This document shows positions 12,903 to 22,863 of a stretch of DNA of 64,000 nucleotides, one piece after another. The position numbers and the translations under genes were made by a program. This DNA is from Azolla caroliniana (Eukaryota > Plantae > Polypodiophyta), in contig JBHGNT010000005.1 in NCBI GenBank assembly GCA_043228905.1, positions 18,538,001-18,602,000 on the forward strand, in the 5' to 3' direction. Position 1 is the first letter of the stretch. Each line of letters starts with the position of its first letter. The notes beneath the pieces are model-generated. The model had not been told where the DNA came from, searched no databases, and was given only the letters and a program-made list of their open reading frames with translations.

Positions 12903-13529
12903 TGCTATTATCATACATGACGTGCATGCACGGGAATCAAGAAGAGGCGGCTATGAACGATGGGGGTACAAAACTTCCGGATACACGAAGGAACTTCATT
13001 TCGTGAAAGAAAGATCTTACGAGCACATAGCGCACATGGTTCTGGAAAAACACAGGCACTCAACCACCGACACAATCTCGATGAAGAAGGTATAGAACCC
13101 ATGGTGCTCTCAGACGAAGCAAAGAACTGGTTCACCAAGCACGGCCTTGAAGGACTTCTCCGGGTAGGAGAAGCACCACCACATGAAAAAATGGAGAAGA
13201 TTGCGGATACAATCGATTTGGATGAGCTCTCCGAAGGCACAGTGCAAGCCTATACTCCATCGAAAACCCCTACACCCAAATACTTACAGAATATTTTGCG
13301 GAGTTGTCAATTGCGAGCAAGGCGTATCAGACACAGGGTGGTGAAGATCCCCTGTTCCATGAAGTGGCTCGGGTGTTACTCGAGTATAGATTTGTTCATC
13401 CCCGACCACTTTCCATGCTAAAAAACAGGGCCGGTTTCTATTGGCCTAAAAGGCTGACTCCTTCCAATTTGTATCCTGGTGTAAACATGTCCAAAAGAGT
13501 TAAGGCTTAATATATAAGCAATAACCTAA

Positions 13530-13572
13530 CATTGTAAAGAAGAACTTCTTGATCATGTTGTATAATGCATCT

Positions 13573-13607
<35 letters not shown>

Positions 13608-15118
13608 TAATAACAAAGCTTCCATTAAAGCTTAAACCGCGTATATCTTTTCTTTATTCTCTTGCCTTCCTTCTGTGTTGTTTGCTGAACACTACAACAA
13701 ATCCTCACACATACATTTCCGCACATATTCGATCTTCAACTGGTATCAGAGCGATCCGTAGTTCGGTGGCAACAAACAACAAAAAAAAAAAACTAAAAAG
13801 AAAAAGACCAGGTTAGTAAAATCTCACTTTCAAAGAACAACATGCCTTCAACATCCGGAATAGGAGTTGAAATCAGAAAATTTGATGGCAAAAACTTTGC
13901 CATATGGAAGGAGATGATGCAGTATGTGTTGATCATCAAAAGACAAGTCGAAGCCATTCGACACAATGAAAAACCTACCTCTATGATAGCCAAAGACTGG
14001 AGATCTACAGAAGAAATCACACACTCCACCATGCGAATGCATCTGGCCGAAAACATCTACTTTAGCATGGAAAAAGAGACAACAACGTTCTCATTATTGG
14101 AGAAGCTACACGCCGTGTAGGAGAAAAAGTCCTTATCTTCAAAACTCATCAACTCATCAACTCATCTTCATCAAACAACTGTTCAACATGAAGATGAGAG
14201 AGACCGATCCGGCTACCTCTCACATCAACACCTTCAGCTGGGTGTTGTCAAAGCTCTCCGCACAAGGGATCAACTTCGAAGAAAAAGTCAAAGCTCTTGC
14301 CCTCCTACCGAGTTTGCCAGTGAGTTGGGAGGTATTCTGCACGACATATGCCCATAATTGACTGATCCTAAATCTGGATGAGACAATCGGCCAAGTCCTC
14401 ACCGAGGACATTCGGCGAAAATTGATGGGACTCACCATCGACGAGGTGGTAGAAGCCCATCACTTGACCAAGTCGATTGAGAAAACAAGCCGACAGAGTC
14501 GATCGACACCATAGTCGATTGAAAACGAGGGAAGACCAACAATGGTCGAAGTCAAAAACGGGCCAATCAAGCGAATTCTGCACACATTGTAGAAAAGCCG
14601 ACCACAATGTTTTCGACTATTGGTCGATCAAGAGGAAAGAGAGTGGTCACCGATCCGAGCGGAATTGAGGACGACCCAACTCGGACCACTCTCTAGTCGG
14701 TAGCCAAATCAACATTGCCGACACCTGATCAGGAGAAATTCTCTCCTTAGAGGATTCAGTGATCAGAGAAGTCCTCCACAGTGCACAAGATGCACACACG
14801 TGGTTACTGGACTCCGGTGCAACATTCCATGTGGCCCTTAATATTTAATGGCTTTGGAACTATTTAGGTGACACCAATGGCACAATTCGACTAGGCAATG
14901 GGCAGGAGTGCAGAATCGCCGGGACCGGAGAGGTTCCCATCCGATTGCCCAATCACAACATGATCACCTTGTACCAAGTCCAACATGTACCTGATCTAAA
15001 AAGGATTCTAGTCTCCTTCGACATGTTAGCCGAAGACGGGTACCACATGACTTTCAGTGAGTCAACATGGATGATCAGCCATAGAAATCTGAAGATTGGA
15101 AGCGGGTTCAAGTACATT
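13530..15118 (+). mobile_element. Degenerate Copia 5' fragment (lineage E): LTR remnant, PBS, gag, protease
   Basis: (GA)n and a CA end at 13738; PBS TGGTATCAGAGC 13741-13752; gag KFDGKNFAIWK; CTHCRKADH knuckle; WLLDSGATFH at ~14801. The 5' boundary is uncertain. Confidence 0.85.
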
Positions 15119-15119
15119 T

Positions 15120-15985
15120 GCATTGCGCCCAAGGGATGACGCATATTCGCAATAATCCCATTGTTTGTTGAGGCCTGATCAACTTCAGATGTTAGCCACC
15201 TGCATGTTGCATGATGATTCTTTGCTCAACGAGATCGCCACGGCAACCATGTTAGGCCCATTCACCAACGACATCATGGCCCACATCAATGACCCATCCC
15301 CGGACATGAAAAGCTCATATATCAGCCAATTTACAACCCGGGATGGGTTACTATATTGTAATCATCTCATGTACGTTCCCGAAGGATCGTGTCATACACG
15401 GGTACTACAAAACTGTCATGATGACCCTTTTGCCAACCACTTTGGGGTCACAAAAACCCTGGAATTGCTATCTCGGGGGTTTTGTTGGCCCCAACCTTGG
15501 AAATTTGTCAAGACATGTGATGTATGTGCTCGGTCCAAGACGGCTCACCATTGGGCATATGGTCTTCTCCACCCGCTCCCAATTCCAAGTCAACCATGGG
15601 CCTCTCTATCCATGGACTTTATAACCGACCTCCCTCTAGTAATTGTCGATCGGTTTTTGAAGATGGCTCACTTTGTCCCATGTTCCAAAACCATTTCCGG
15701 AGAAGAGACAACTGACCTTTTTCTTAAAAATATTGTCCAATTACATGGCTTACCCAAGGATATCACCTATGATCGAAGTTCTCAATTCATTTCCCAGTTT
15801 TGGCGACGACTTTTGTAAACTTGTCATCAACATACCATCCTCAAACTGATGGACAAACCGAACGAGTCAACCAAATCCTCGAACAATACCTCCGGTGTAT
15901 CGTGAGCTACCAACAAGAGGATTGGGTGGACTTCCTTGCAATGGCGGAATTTACCTACAATAATAGTACCAAGGTTACCCCATTT
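15120..15985 (+). mobile_element. Ty3/Gypsy integrase fragment (chromovirus/Tcn1-like)
   Basis: ORF 15165-15818 has CHDDPFANHFGVTKT, CDVCARSK, PWASLSMDFITDLP, HGLPKDITYDR. ORF 15800-16141 has YHPQTDGQTERVNQILEQYLR and AEFTYNN. Lineage assignment is inferred. Confidence 0.85.
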
Positions 15986-16176
15986 CAAATTCCACATGGG
16001 AACCAATTACACATTTACAAAATGCTCTGGAGGCCATTCACGATTTTCATCAACGATACCCACATAAGCCGATCGTGGGTCCTGGGAGGAGGCCTTAGAG
16101 GGAAGATAATATCATGGACACGATGGAATGTAAGGGGTTAAACTCATGACCTCCTGGTCTTATTGGGCAACCTTAC

Positions 16177-16757
16177 TGTTGGGATTTCGGTCCCTCCGGA
16201 TGGGATGTCCGGAGATAAATGACGGCAAGCCCGGTTGCGGTTACGGAGCCGGATGATGAAGACCCCGGTTACGGAGCCGGATGATGAAGATACCCGGAGA
16301 GAGATCCGGATGCGGGGACATATTTGTGAATATGTTTGCTGAGAGCCCTTGAGGCTCTATTTGTAAATAGCCCGAAAAGTCATATGTGTATAAATATGAC
16401 TTAGGGCAAACAATTTACGTTGTTGCTCATTTTCTTGTTTTCACTTAGAGGGAGTGAAGAGAGCAGCCGAGAGAGAGAGAAAGAGAGAGAGACGAAGAGG
16501 TCGTTGCCTCTGTGTATTGCCGCCGCCTGTGGCGAAGACAGTGAGCACAAGGCTGTTGCCTTGTAGTTTCACCATTGTACATCCCTGTTCATAGTGATGG
16601 TTGGAGTCTGAGAACTCCCGTGGTTTTTCCCATTTAGGGTTTTCCACGTAAAATATTCTGTGTACTCTCTCTTTCTATTGTCTCGTGCATTCTGTATTTC
16701 CTGTTTTCCAAGTGTTGATCCTATTCCTCGGTTGTGGCCGAGCACTGTTGTGCAACA
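16177..16757 (+). repeat. 5' LTR (581 bp)
   Basis: TGTTGGG...GCAACA; two copies of a 28 bp U3 unit; TATAAATA at ~16389. Confidence 0.97.
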
Positions 16758-16760
16758 AAT

Positions 16761-16772
16761 TGGTATCAGAGC
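16761..16772 (+). promoter_or_regulatory. Primer binding site, tRNA-iMet
   Basis: TGGTATCAGAGC, 3 nt after the LTR. Confidence 0.95.
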
Positions 16773-16788
16773 GACGGTAACACAGAAA

Positions 16789-17673
16789 ATGGAAGGCGGC
16801 GGTAGTGGGCCTCCGGGCATGATGGTGTTGAACTCACAGAACTACGCCGATTGGAAGATAAAGATGGAAGACCTTCTCATCGTCCGAGACCTGTATGAAC
16901 CGATCGACAATGCCGAGATACCCAAGGGGGTAATAGAGTCGGAGTGGAAGCTCCTGAACCGGAAAGCCGTAGCGACGATCCGGCAATATGTCGATGTAAG
17001 CGTTCTACAACATGTGGCGAATGACACCAACGCATATGAGATGTGGAAGAAGCTGTCGGGCCTCTACGAGAGGAAGAATGCGTTGAACCGGACCTCCCTG
17101 ATGAGGAAGATAGTGAACCTCAAGTACCGGGACGGCGAGAATATGGTTGAACACGTGAGCACGTTCATGGGATTCGTGAACCAGCTTGCGGCGATCAAGT
17201 TCCCGTTGGAGGATGCAATGCAAGCCATCATCCTGATGTGTACATTGCCGGAAAGCTGGGAGAACTTGGTGGTGACTCTCAGTACCTCCTGCACCGAAGA
17301 TAACTTGTCTCTACAAACGGTAAAGACAAGCATTTTGAACGAAGAAGCGCGTCGGAGAGATAAAGAACCGGCCTCCGACTCGAAGGCGCTGCTTACCGAA
17401 TCGGAACGGGGAAGACAATGGAACCGGAGTCCGCAACGGGGACCCGGTCGCAGTCAAGAGGAAGACCCACATGCTTCCACTGTGGGAAGCCGGGGCACTT
17501 CCGGAAGAATTGTCGGCATTACCGAAAGGACAACGGAGCCGACGACACCGATTCGAAGAAGTCACCGGAGAGAAACGGTGCATACCGGGGAGCCACGGAC
17601 CGGAGAGGTCCGGATCGGCGAGGGCAGGACCGGAAAGGAACGACGGCACTCGCGGCAAGTGAAGAAGAGATAA
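16789..17673 (+). CDS. Copia Gag; out of frame after ~17436 and lacking the zinc knuckle in this frame
   Basis: LNSQNYADWKIKMEDLL and TLPESWENLVVTL (Copia gag signature); first ATG after the PBS is at 16789. Confidence 0.85.
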   Translation: MEGGGSGPPGMMVLNSQNYADWKIKMEDLLIVRDLYEPIDNAEIPKGVIESEWKLLNRKAVATIRQYVDVSVLQHVANDTNAYEMWKKLSGLYERKNALNRTSLMRKIVNLKYRDGENMVEHVSTFMGFVNQLAAIKFPLEDAMQAIILMCTLPESWENLVVTLSTSCTEDNLSLQTVKTSILNEEARRRDKEPASDSKALLTESERGRQWNRSPQRGPGRSQEEDPHASTVGSRGTSGRIVGITERTTEPTTPIRRSHRRETVHTGEPRTGEVRIGEGRTGKERRHSRQVKKR

Positions 17674-20600
17674 TGCTCATTACCGAAGAGAGGGAGCTGA
17701 ACCTTGCCGGTGTAGAGATGACCTGGGTGGTCGATTCCGGAGCGTCGTTCCACCTGACCCCGGAGAAGAAATACTTCTCATCCTACACAGCCGGTGAGCA
17801 CGGCTGTGTCCGGATGGGAAATGAAGGCACATGCCGGATTGCCGGCATAGGAGACGTGTGGCTGATGACATCAACCGGATGCAAGATGCTGCTGAAGGAT
17901 GTTCGACACGTTCCGGAGGTTCGATTGAACCTGATTTCGGCCGGGAGGCTAGACGATGAAGGCTACACGGGTAGCATCCGGAACGGTGTCATGAAGTTCA
18001 GCAAAGGGAGCCTGATAGTGGCTCGGGCCCGGAAGATCAACACGCTGTACCTGATGAATTCCCGGCTATGTCCGGAAGAGCTGAACGTGGCAGCCGACAC
18101 TGCCGGTGAGCTGTGGCACAAGAGACTGTGCCACATGAGTGAGAAGGGGATGAAGAGGCTTGCAGATGACAACCTCATTCCAGTGAAGCATGTGCACCTG
18201 GAGAAGTGCACTGATTGCCTGGCCGGTAAACAGAACCGAACCTCCTTCCACTCAAGGCCACCGACGAGACGTAGTGTACCATTGGAGTTGGTACATACTG
18301 ACGTGTGTCAAGTAGAAACGAAGTCACATGGCGGAGCCCAGTACTTCGTGACATTCATTGATGACCACAGCCGGAAGCTGTGGACGGCACCGTTGAAGAC
18401 AAAGGACCAAGTATTGTCCGTCTTCAAAGAACTCCACGCGAGAGTGGAAAGAGAATCCGGCAAGAAGCTGAAAGCGATACGAGCGGATAACGGAGGGGAA
18501 TACCGGGGGCAGTTCGCGGAGTACTGTCGCTCGAAGGGAATCCGGCTCGAGTTTACTGTGCCGAAGACGCCGGAATTGAACGGGCTGGCCGAGAGGATGA
18601 ACCGGACCATAATGGAGAGGGTCCGGAGTATGCTGGCACATGCGAAACTACCCAAGGGGTTTTGGGCTGAGGCAATGTCGACGGCGACATACGTGATAAA
18701 CAAATCACCCTCAGTACCTTTGGACGGAGACACGCCGCAGAAAGTGTGGACCGGTAAGGAAGTGTCCTACCGGCATCTGAAGGTGTTCGGGTGTCTCGCA
18801 TACGTGCATGTGGCAAAGGACCGGAGAGGAAAGCTAGATCCAAAGACCCGGCCATGCATATTCCTCGGTTACGGCAACGACGAGTTCGGCTACCGAGTAT
18901 GGGACCCGGTCGACAAGAAGATATTCAGGAGTCGAGATATCATCTTCATGGAGGACAAGACACTCGCCGACTGGGAGTCGGAGAAGAAGATGAAGAGCTC
19001 CAAGTCGACCGGTGAGGATAAACTCTACGAGGAGCAGTCCCGACCGGCAAGGGACCGGTTAACACTCGAAGAACCGGCCGAAGAAGATGAAAATGATACC
19101 GGAACCGGCACCGATCCCGAAATGGATTCGGATGAAGAAGAATCGGAAGAACCGTTTACCGAAGCTCCGGAACGGAGATATCCTCTAAGAGATAGAAGGG
19201 CCCCCCGGAGATTTCCGGAACCAGAGCACGTGCTGCTAACTGACGAGGGGGAGCCGGAGAGCTTTGAAGAAGCGAAGCATGACACCCATAGCCGCAGGTG
19301 GTTAAGTGCCATGCAGGAGGAGATGGATTCCCTGCATGAGAACCACACATATGAACTTGTGGAGTTGCCGAAAGGAAAGCGGGCACTTCGAAACAAGTGG
19401 GTGTTCAAGCTGAAACCAGGAGATGCCGGAAACCCCCCGAGATACAAAGCCAGGATCGTGGTGAAGGGGTTTCAGCAGAAGAAGGGCGTCGACTTCGACG
19501 AGATATTTGCCCCGGTAGTGAAGATGACCTCCATCCGGACGGTGCTGAGCATAGCGGCAAGCATGGACCTCGAGGTAGAACAGATGGACGTGAAGACGGC
19601 ATTCCTTCACGGTGACCTCGATGAAGAGATCTACATGCAGCAACCGGAAGGATTCGAGAAGAAAGGGAAGGAGCACCTGGTATGCCGGTTGAAGAAGAGC
19701 CTTTACGGACTGAAGCAGGCTCCCCGGCAATGGTACCGGAAGTTCGACTCCTTCATGACCGACGAAGGGTACCTCAAAACGCAGTCCGACCACTGCGTGT
19801 TTGTGAGGAAGTTCGAAGGAGGAGACTTTCTAATACTCCTCCTGTACGTGGACGATATGTTGATCGTCGGACGGGACCAGGTCAAGATACGGATGCTGAA
19901 GAAGGCTCTCCACCGGACCTTCTCAATGAAAGACCTGGGTCCGGCGAGGCAAATACTAGGGATGCACATCATCCGAGACCGGAAGAAGAAGCAGTTGTGG
20001 CTGTCACAGGAGAAGTACGTGACAAAGGTGCTTCAACGGTTCAACATGTCGGAAGCAAGACCAGTCGGGTCGACTCTCCCGGCAAACTGCAAGCTGTCCA
20101 ACAAGCAAAGTCCCAAGACAAAGGCTGAAAAGGAGGATATGATGAAAGTGCCGTATGCCTCAGCTGTCGGGAGCTTGATGTACGCCATGGTGTGTACGAG
20201 ACCGGACATAGGATATGCAGTCGGAGTGGTGAGCCGGTACATGAGCAATCCCGGCAAAGAGCATTGGAACGCGGCCAAGTGGATACTCCGATACCTGAAG
20301 GGCACAGCAAACGTGTGCCTCCGATTCGGCTCCGGTAAACCCGAACTCGACGGCTTCACCGATTCGGATATGTCGGCTGATGTAGATACCAGCCGGTCCA
20401 CATCAGGGTATGTGATGACGTATGCAGGGGGAGCTGTTTCCTGGCAGTCGAGGTTGCAGAAGACGGTTGCGTTGTCAACCACGGAGGCGGAGTACATGGC
20501 GGCTGTTGAAGCCGGCAAGGAAATAATATGGATGAAGGACTTCATTAGAGAGCTCGGTATCCGGCAGGAGGAGTACCGACTCTACTGCGATAGTCAGAGT

Positions 20601-20822
20601 GCCATCCACCTTGCGAAGAACGCGGCCTATCACTCCCGGACAAAGCACATCCAGCGAAGATATCACTGGATCCGGGAAAGGATAGAAGACCAGGAGTTCG
20701 TGCTGACGAAGATTCACACGGACGAGAACGGGTCGGATATGCTGACCAAGGTGCTCACACCCGACAAGCTGGAAGCATGCCGGAAGAGGATCGGATTGGA
20801 GAGACATCCCATGCCGAAGTGA
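17418..20822 (+). CDS. Copia polyprotein: CCHC knuckle-protease-integrase-RT-RNase H
   Basis: CFHCGKPGHFRKNC, WVVDSGASFH, LWHKRLCH, VHTDVC...RADNGGEY...NGLAERMN, LLYVDDML, GFTDSD, ending at the PPT. Confidence 0.95.
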   Translation: MEPESATGTRSQSRGRPTCFHCGKPGHFRKNCRHYRKDNGADDTDSKKSPERNGAYRGATDRRGPDRRGQDRKGTTALAASEEEIMLITEERELNLAGVEMTWVVDSGASFHLTPEKKYFSSYTAGEHGCVRMGNEGTCRIAGIGDVWLMTSTGCKMLLKDVRHVPEVRLNLISAGRLDDEGYTGSIRNGVMKFSKGSLIVARARKINTLYLMNSRLCPEELNVAADTAGELWHKRLCHMSEKGMKRLADDNLIPVKHVHLEKCTDCLAGKQNRTSFHSRPPTRRSVPLELVHTDVCQVETKSHGGAQYFVTFIDDHSRKLWTAPLKTKDQVLSVFKELHARVERESGKKLKAIRADNGGEYRGQFAEYCRSKGIRLEFTVPKTPELNGLAERMNRTIMERVRSMLAHAKLPKGFWAEAMSTATYVINKSPSVPLDGDTPQKVWTGKEVSYRHLKVFGCLAYVHVAKDRRGKLDPKTRPCIFLGYGNDEFGYRVWDPVDKKIFRSRDIIFMEDKTLADWESEKKMKSSKSTGEDKLYEEQSRPARDRLTLEEPAEEDENDTGTGTDPEMDSDEEESEEPFTEAPERRYPLRDRRAPRRFPEPEHVLLTDEGEPESFEEAKHDTHSRRWLSAMQEEMDSLHENHTYELVELPKGKRALRNKWVFKLKPGDAGNPPRYKARIVVKGFQQKKGVDFDEIFAPVVKMTSIRTVLSIAASMDLEVEQMDVKTAFLHGDLDEEIYMQQPEGFEKKGKEHLVCRLKKSLYGLKQAPRQWYRKFDSFMTDEGYLKTQSDHCVFVRKFEGGDFLILLLYVDDMLIVGRDQVKIRMLKKALHRTFSMKDLGPARQILGMHIIRDRKKKQLWLSQEKYVTKVLQRFNMSEARPVGSTLPANCKLSNKQSPKTKAEKEDMMKVPYASAVGSLMYAMVCTRPDIGYAVGVVSRYMSNPGKEHWNAAKWILRYLKGTANVCLRFGSGKPELDGFTDSDMSADVDTSRSTSGYVMTYAGGAVSWQSRLQKTVALSTTEAEYMAAVEAGKEIIWMKDFIRELGIRQEEYRLYCDSQSAIHLAKNAAYHSRTKHIQRRYHWIRERIEDQEFVLTKIHTDENGSDMLTKVLTPDKLEACRKRIGLERHPMPK

Positions 20823-20830
20823 AGGGGGAG
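20821..20830 (+). promoter_or_regulatory. Polypurine tract
   Basis: GAAGGGGGAG, 2 nt before the 3' LTR. Confidence 0.9.
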
Positions 20831-20832
20831 TT

Positions 20833-21469
20833 TGTTGGGATTTCGGTCCCTCCGGATGGGATGTCCGGAGATAAATGACGGCAAGCCCGGTTGCGGTTAC
20901 GGAGCCGGATGATGAAGACCCCGGTTACGGAGCCGGATGATGAAGACCCCGGTTACGGAGCCGGATGATGAAGACCCCGGTTACGGAGCCGGATGATGAA
21001 GATACCCGGAGAGAGATCCGGATGCGGGGACATATTTGTGAATATGTTTGCTGAGAGCCCTTGAGGCTCTATTTGTAAATAGCCCGAAAAGTCATATGTG
21101 TATAAATATGACTTAGGGCAAACAATTTACGTTGTTGCTCATTTTCTTGTTTTCACTTAGAGGGAGTGAAGAGAGCAGCCGAGAGAGAGAGAAAGAGAGA
21201 GAGACGAAGAGGTCGTTGCCTCTGTGTATTGCCGCCGCCTGTGGCGAAGACAGTGAGCACAAGGCTGTTGCCTTGTAGTTTCACCATTGTACATCCCTGT
21301 TCATAGTGATGGTTGGAGTCTGAGAACTCCCGTGGTTTTTCCCATTTAGGGTTTTCCACGTAAAATATTCTGTGTACTCTCTCTTTCTATTGTCTCGTGC
21401 ATTCTGTATTTCCTGTTTTCCAAGTGTTGATCCTATTCCTCGGTTGTGGCCGAGCACTGTTGTGCAACA
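20833..21469 (+). repeat. 3' LTR (637 bp)
   Basis: Matches the 5' LTR but has four copies of the 28 bp unit GGTTACGGAGCCGGATGATGAAGACCCC (offset shifts from 4656 to 4712). Confidence 0.97.
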
Positions 21470-21513
21470 CTTACCAATTGAGCTACATCCATCTATGCAT
21501 TATATTATTGTAT

Positions 21514-21811
21514 TGTAAGGTTAATTAGTAGAACTTTCAAGAAAATTCTAGAGACTGCATCTTCATGCACTGTAGAAGTTTACATGCACTCTCTAGATGT
21601 TTCCTAGCTTACATGCATTCTAGTATAAATACTTGGGTGCACCTTGATGTAATCAAGGTGAACAACACCAGTTACAGAAACATAATTCAGTTCTTGCCCT
21701 CTTGTCTATCTTCTCTCTCTCTTTCTTGCTCTCTTGTCTATGCTCTCTCTCTCTCTCTCTCTCTCTTAGTATTTAGTCTCGTCTACTTGTCCGTGGCCTC
21801 ATCTACTCCTA
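21514..21811 (+). repeat. Probable LTR remnant of unknown (Gypsy-like) element
   Basis: Starts TGTAAG, has TCTAGA-rich U3-like sequence, TATAAATA at ~21625 and a (CT)n tract. No partner LTR or TSD found. Confidence 0.4.
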
Positions 21812-22863
21812 TGTGGACCGTGAAAACTGGTATTGTGGCAAGAAACGCCACCAGGAGAGCAAATGTTGGAAGAAGCGTGCCGATTCGGATAAATCCGGAT
21901 CCGGCAAGACCAGACAAGGGAACCGGAAAAACCGGAAAAGGGGCAACCTTTGTGATGAAACACAAGGTGAACTCGATGAAGAATACCAATTCCAAATCAG
22001 AGGAAGTGTGGTACGTTGACTCCGGAGCATCAAACCATATGACGAGCCATGAAGAGTGGTTCTCGTATCTGGAGAAGCTGGAGCAACCGGGAGTCGTCGA
22101 ATCTGGAGACAACACTCCTCACCCGATCGAGCATGTCGGAGAAGTCCCTTTGAGTCATGTCAGACAAAAGGGAAAGTTGGTGAATGTATTACATGTTCCG
22201 ACAATTACGAAGAACCTGGTGTCGGTCGAACAGATCATCGACCAGGGGATGCAAGTGATGTTTACGCACCTCGGGTGCTTCACCGAGGAAGAGGGCCATG
22301 TCTCGAGCAAGGGCGTCGAGACGGGATGACATTTGTTCTCGACACCAATGACGTCGACACTGCTCTATTTGCCAAAGGACAAAAAGTCGAGTTGGACATC
22401 GACTTATGGCACAAGCGAATAGGCCACGTCAACTACCAGAGGCTTCAAGACCTGTAGACGAAATAGGTTGTGTTCAGATAGCCGAAATTTAGTGGCGGGA
22501 AGGCCCAATTTTGTGAAACCTAGCAGCTTAGGAAGCAACACCGACTTCCGTTCCCCACTAAAAGAAACTAGATCCGTAACAAGCTCGACTTGATACATTC
22601 AGATGTATGGGGACTGACACAAAATGTTAGTCTTGGCGGGAGTCAATACTTTGTCTCCTTCATCGACGACTACAACCGACACACATGGATCTACCTGATC
22701 AAGAAGCAACATCAGCGTCCATTCCCCACTAAAAGAAACATGAGATGTAACAAGCTCGACTTGATACATTCAGATGTATGGGGACCGACATAGAATGTTA
22801 GTCTTGGCGGGAGTCGATACTTCGTCTCCTTCATCGACGACCACAACCCACACACATGGATCT
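21812..22863 (+). mobile_element. Copia lineage A fragment (knuckle, protease, start of integrase) with ~170 bp internal tandem duplication
   Basis: Collinear with 560-1470 (EVWYVDSGASNHMTSH, IDLWHKRIGHVN). 22533-22702 is repeated at 22703-22863. Confidence 0.9.

Larger units (their letters stand above)
16177..21469 (+). mobile_element. Full-length, very young Ty1/Copia element (lineage B)
   Basis: TG..CA LTRs at 16177-16757 and 20833-21469, identical by eye except for repeat copy number; TSD CTTAC at 16172-16176 and 21470-21474; PBS, PPT and an uninterrupted 1134-codon pol frame. Confidence 0.98.
15986..21493 (-). mobile_element. Putative tRNA-derived SINE (~210 bp) split by the 16177-21469 Copia
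   Basis: Joining 21493-21475 to 16176-16122 gives GATGGATGTAGCTCAATTGGTAAGGTTGCCCAATAAGACCAGGAGGTCATGAGTTTAACCCCTTACATTCCATC (74 nt), with A-box TAGCTCAATTGG, AGGTC, a degenerate B-box and complementary ends. The extent of the body is uncertain. Confidence 0.55.

Noticed and set aside
13574-13604. (GA)n and (CT)n tracts as independent satellites
   Set aside because: They are LTR-internal or LINE-tail tracts already explained by the elements.
16122-16176. Functional tRNA gene
   Set aside because: The anticodon and T arms are degenerate and the sequence is split by a 5.3 kb insertion; kept only as a SINE-like head.
16441-16647. Identical 68 aa ORFs at 16441 and 21153
   Set aside because: They arise from LTR identity and show no coding signature.
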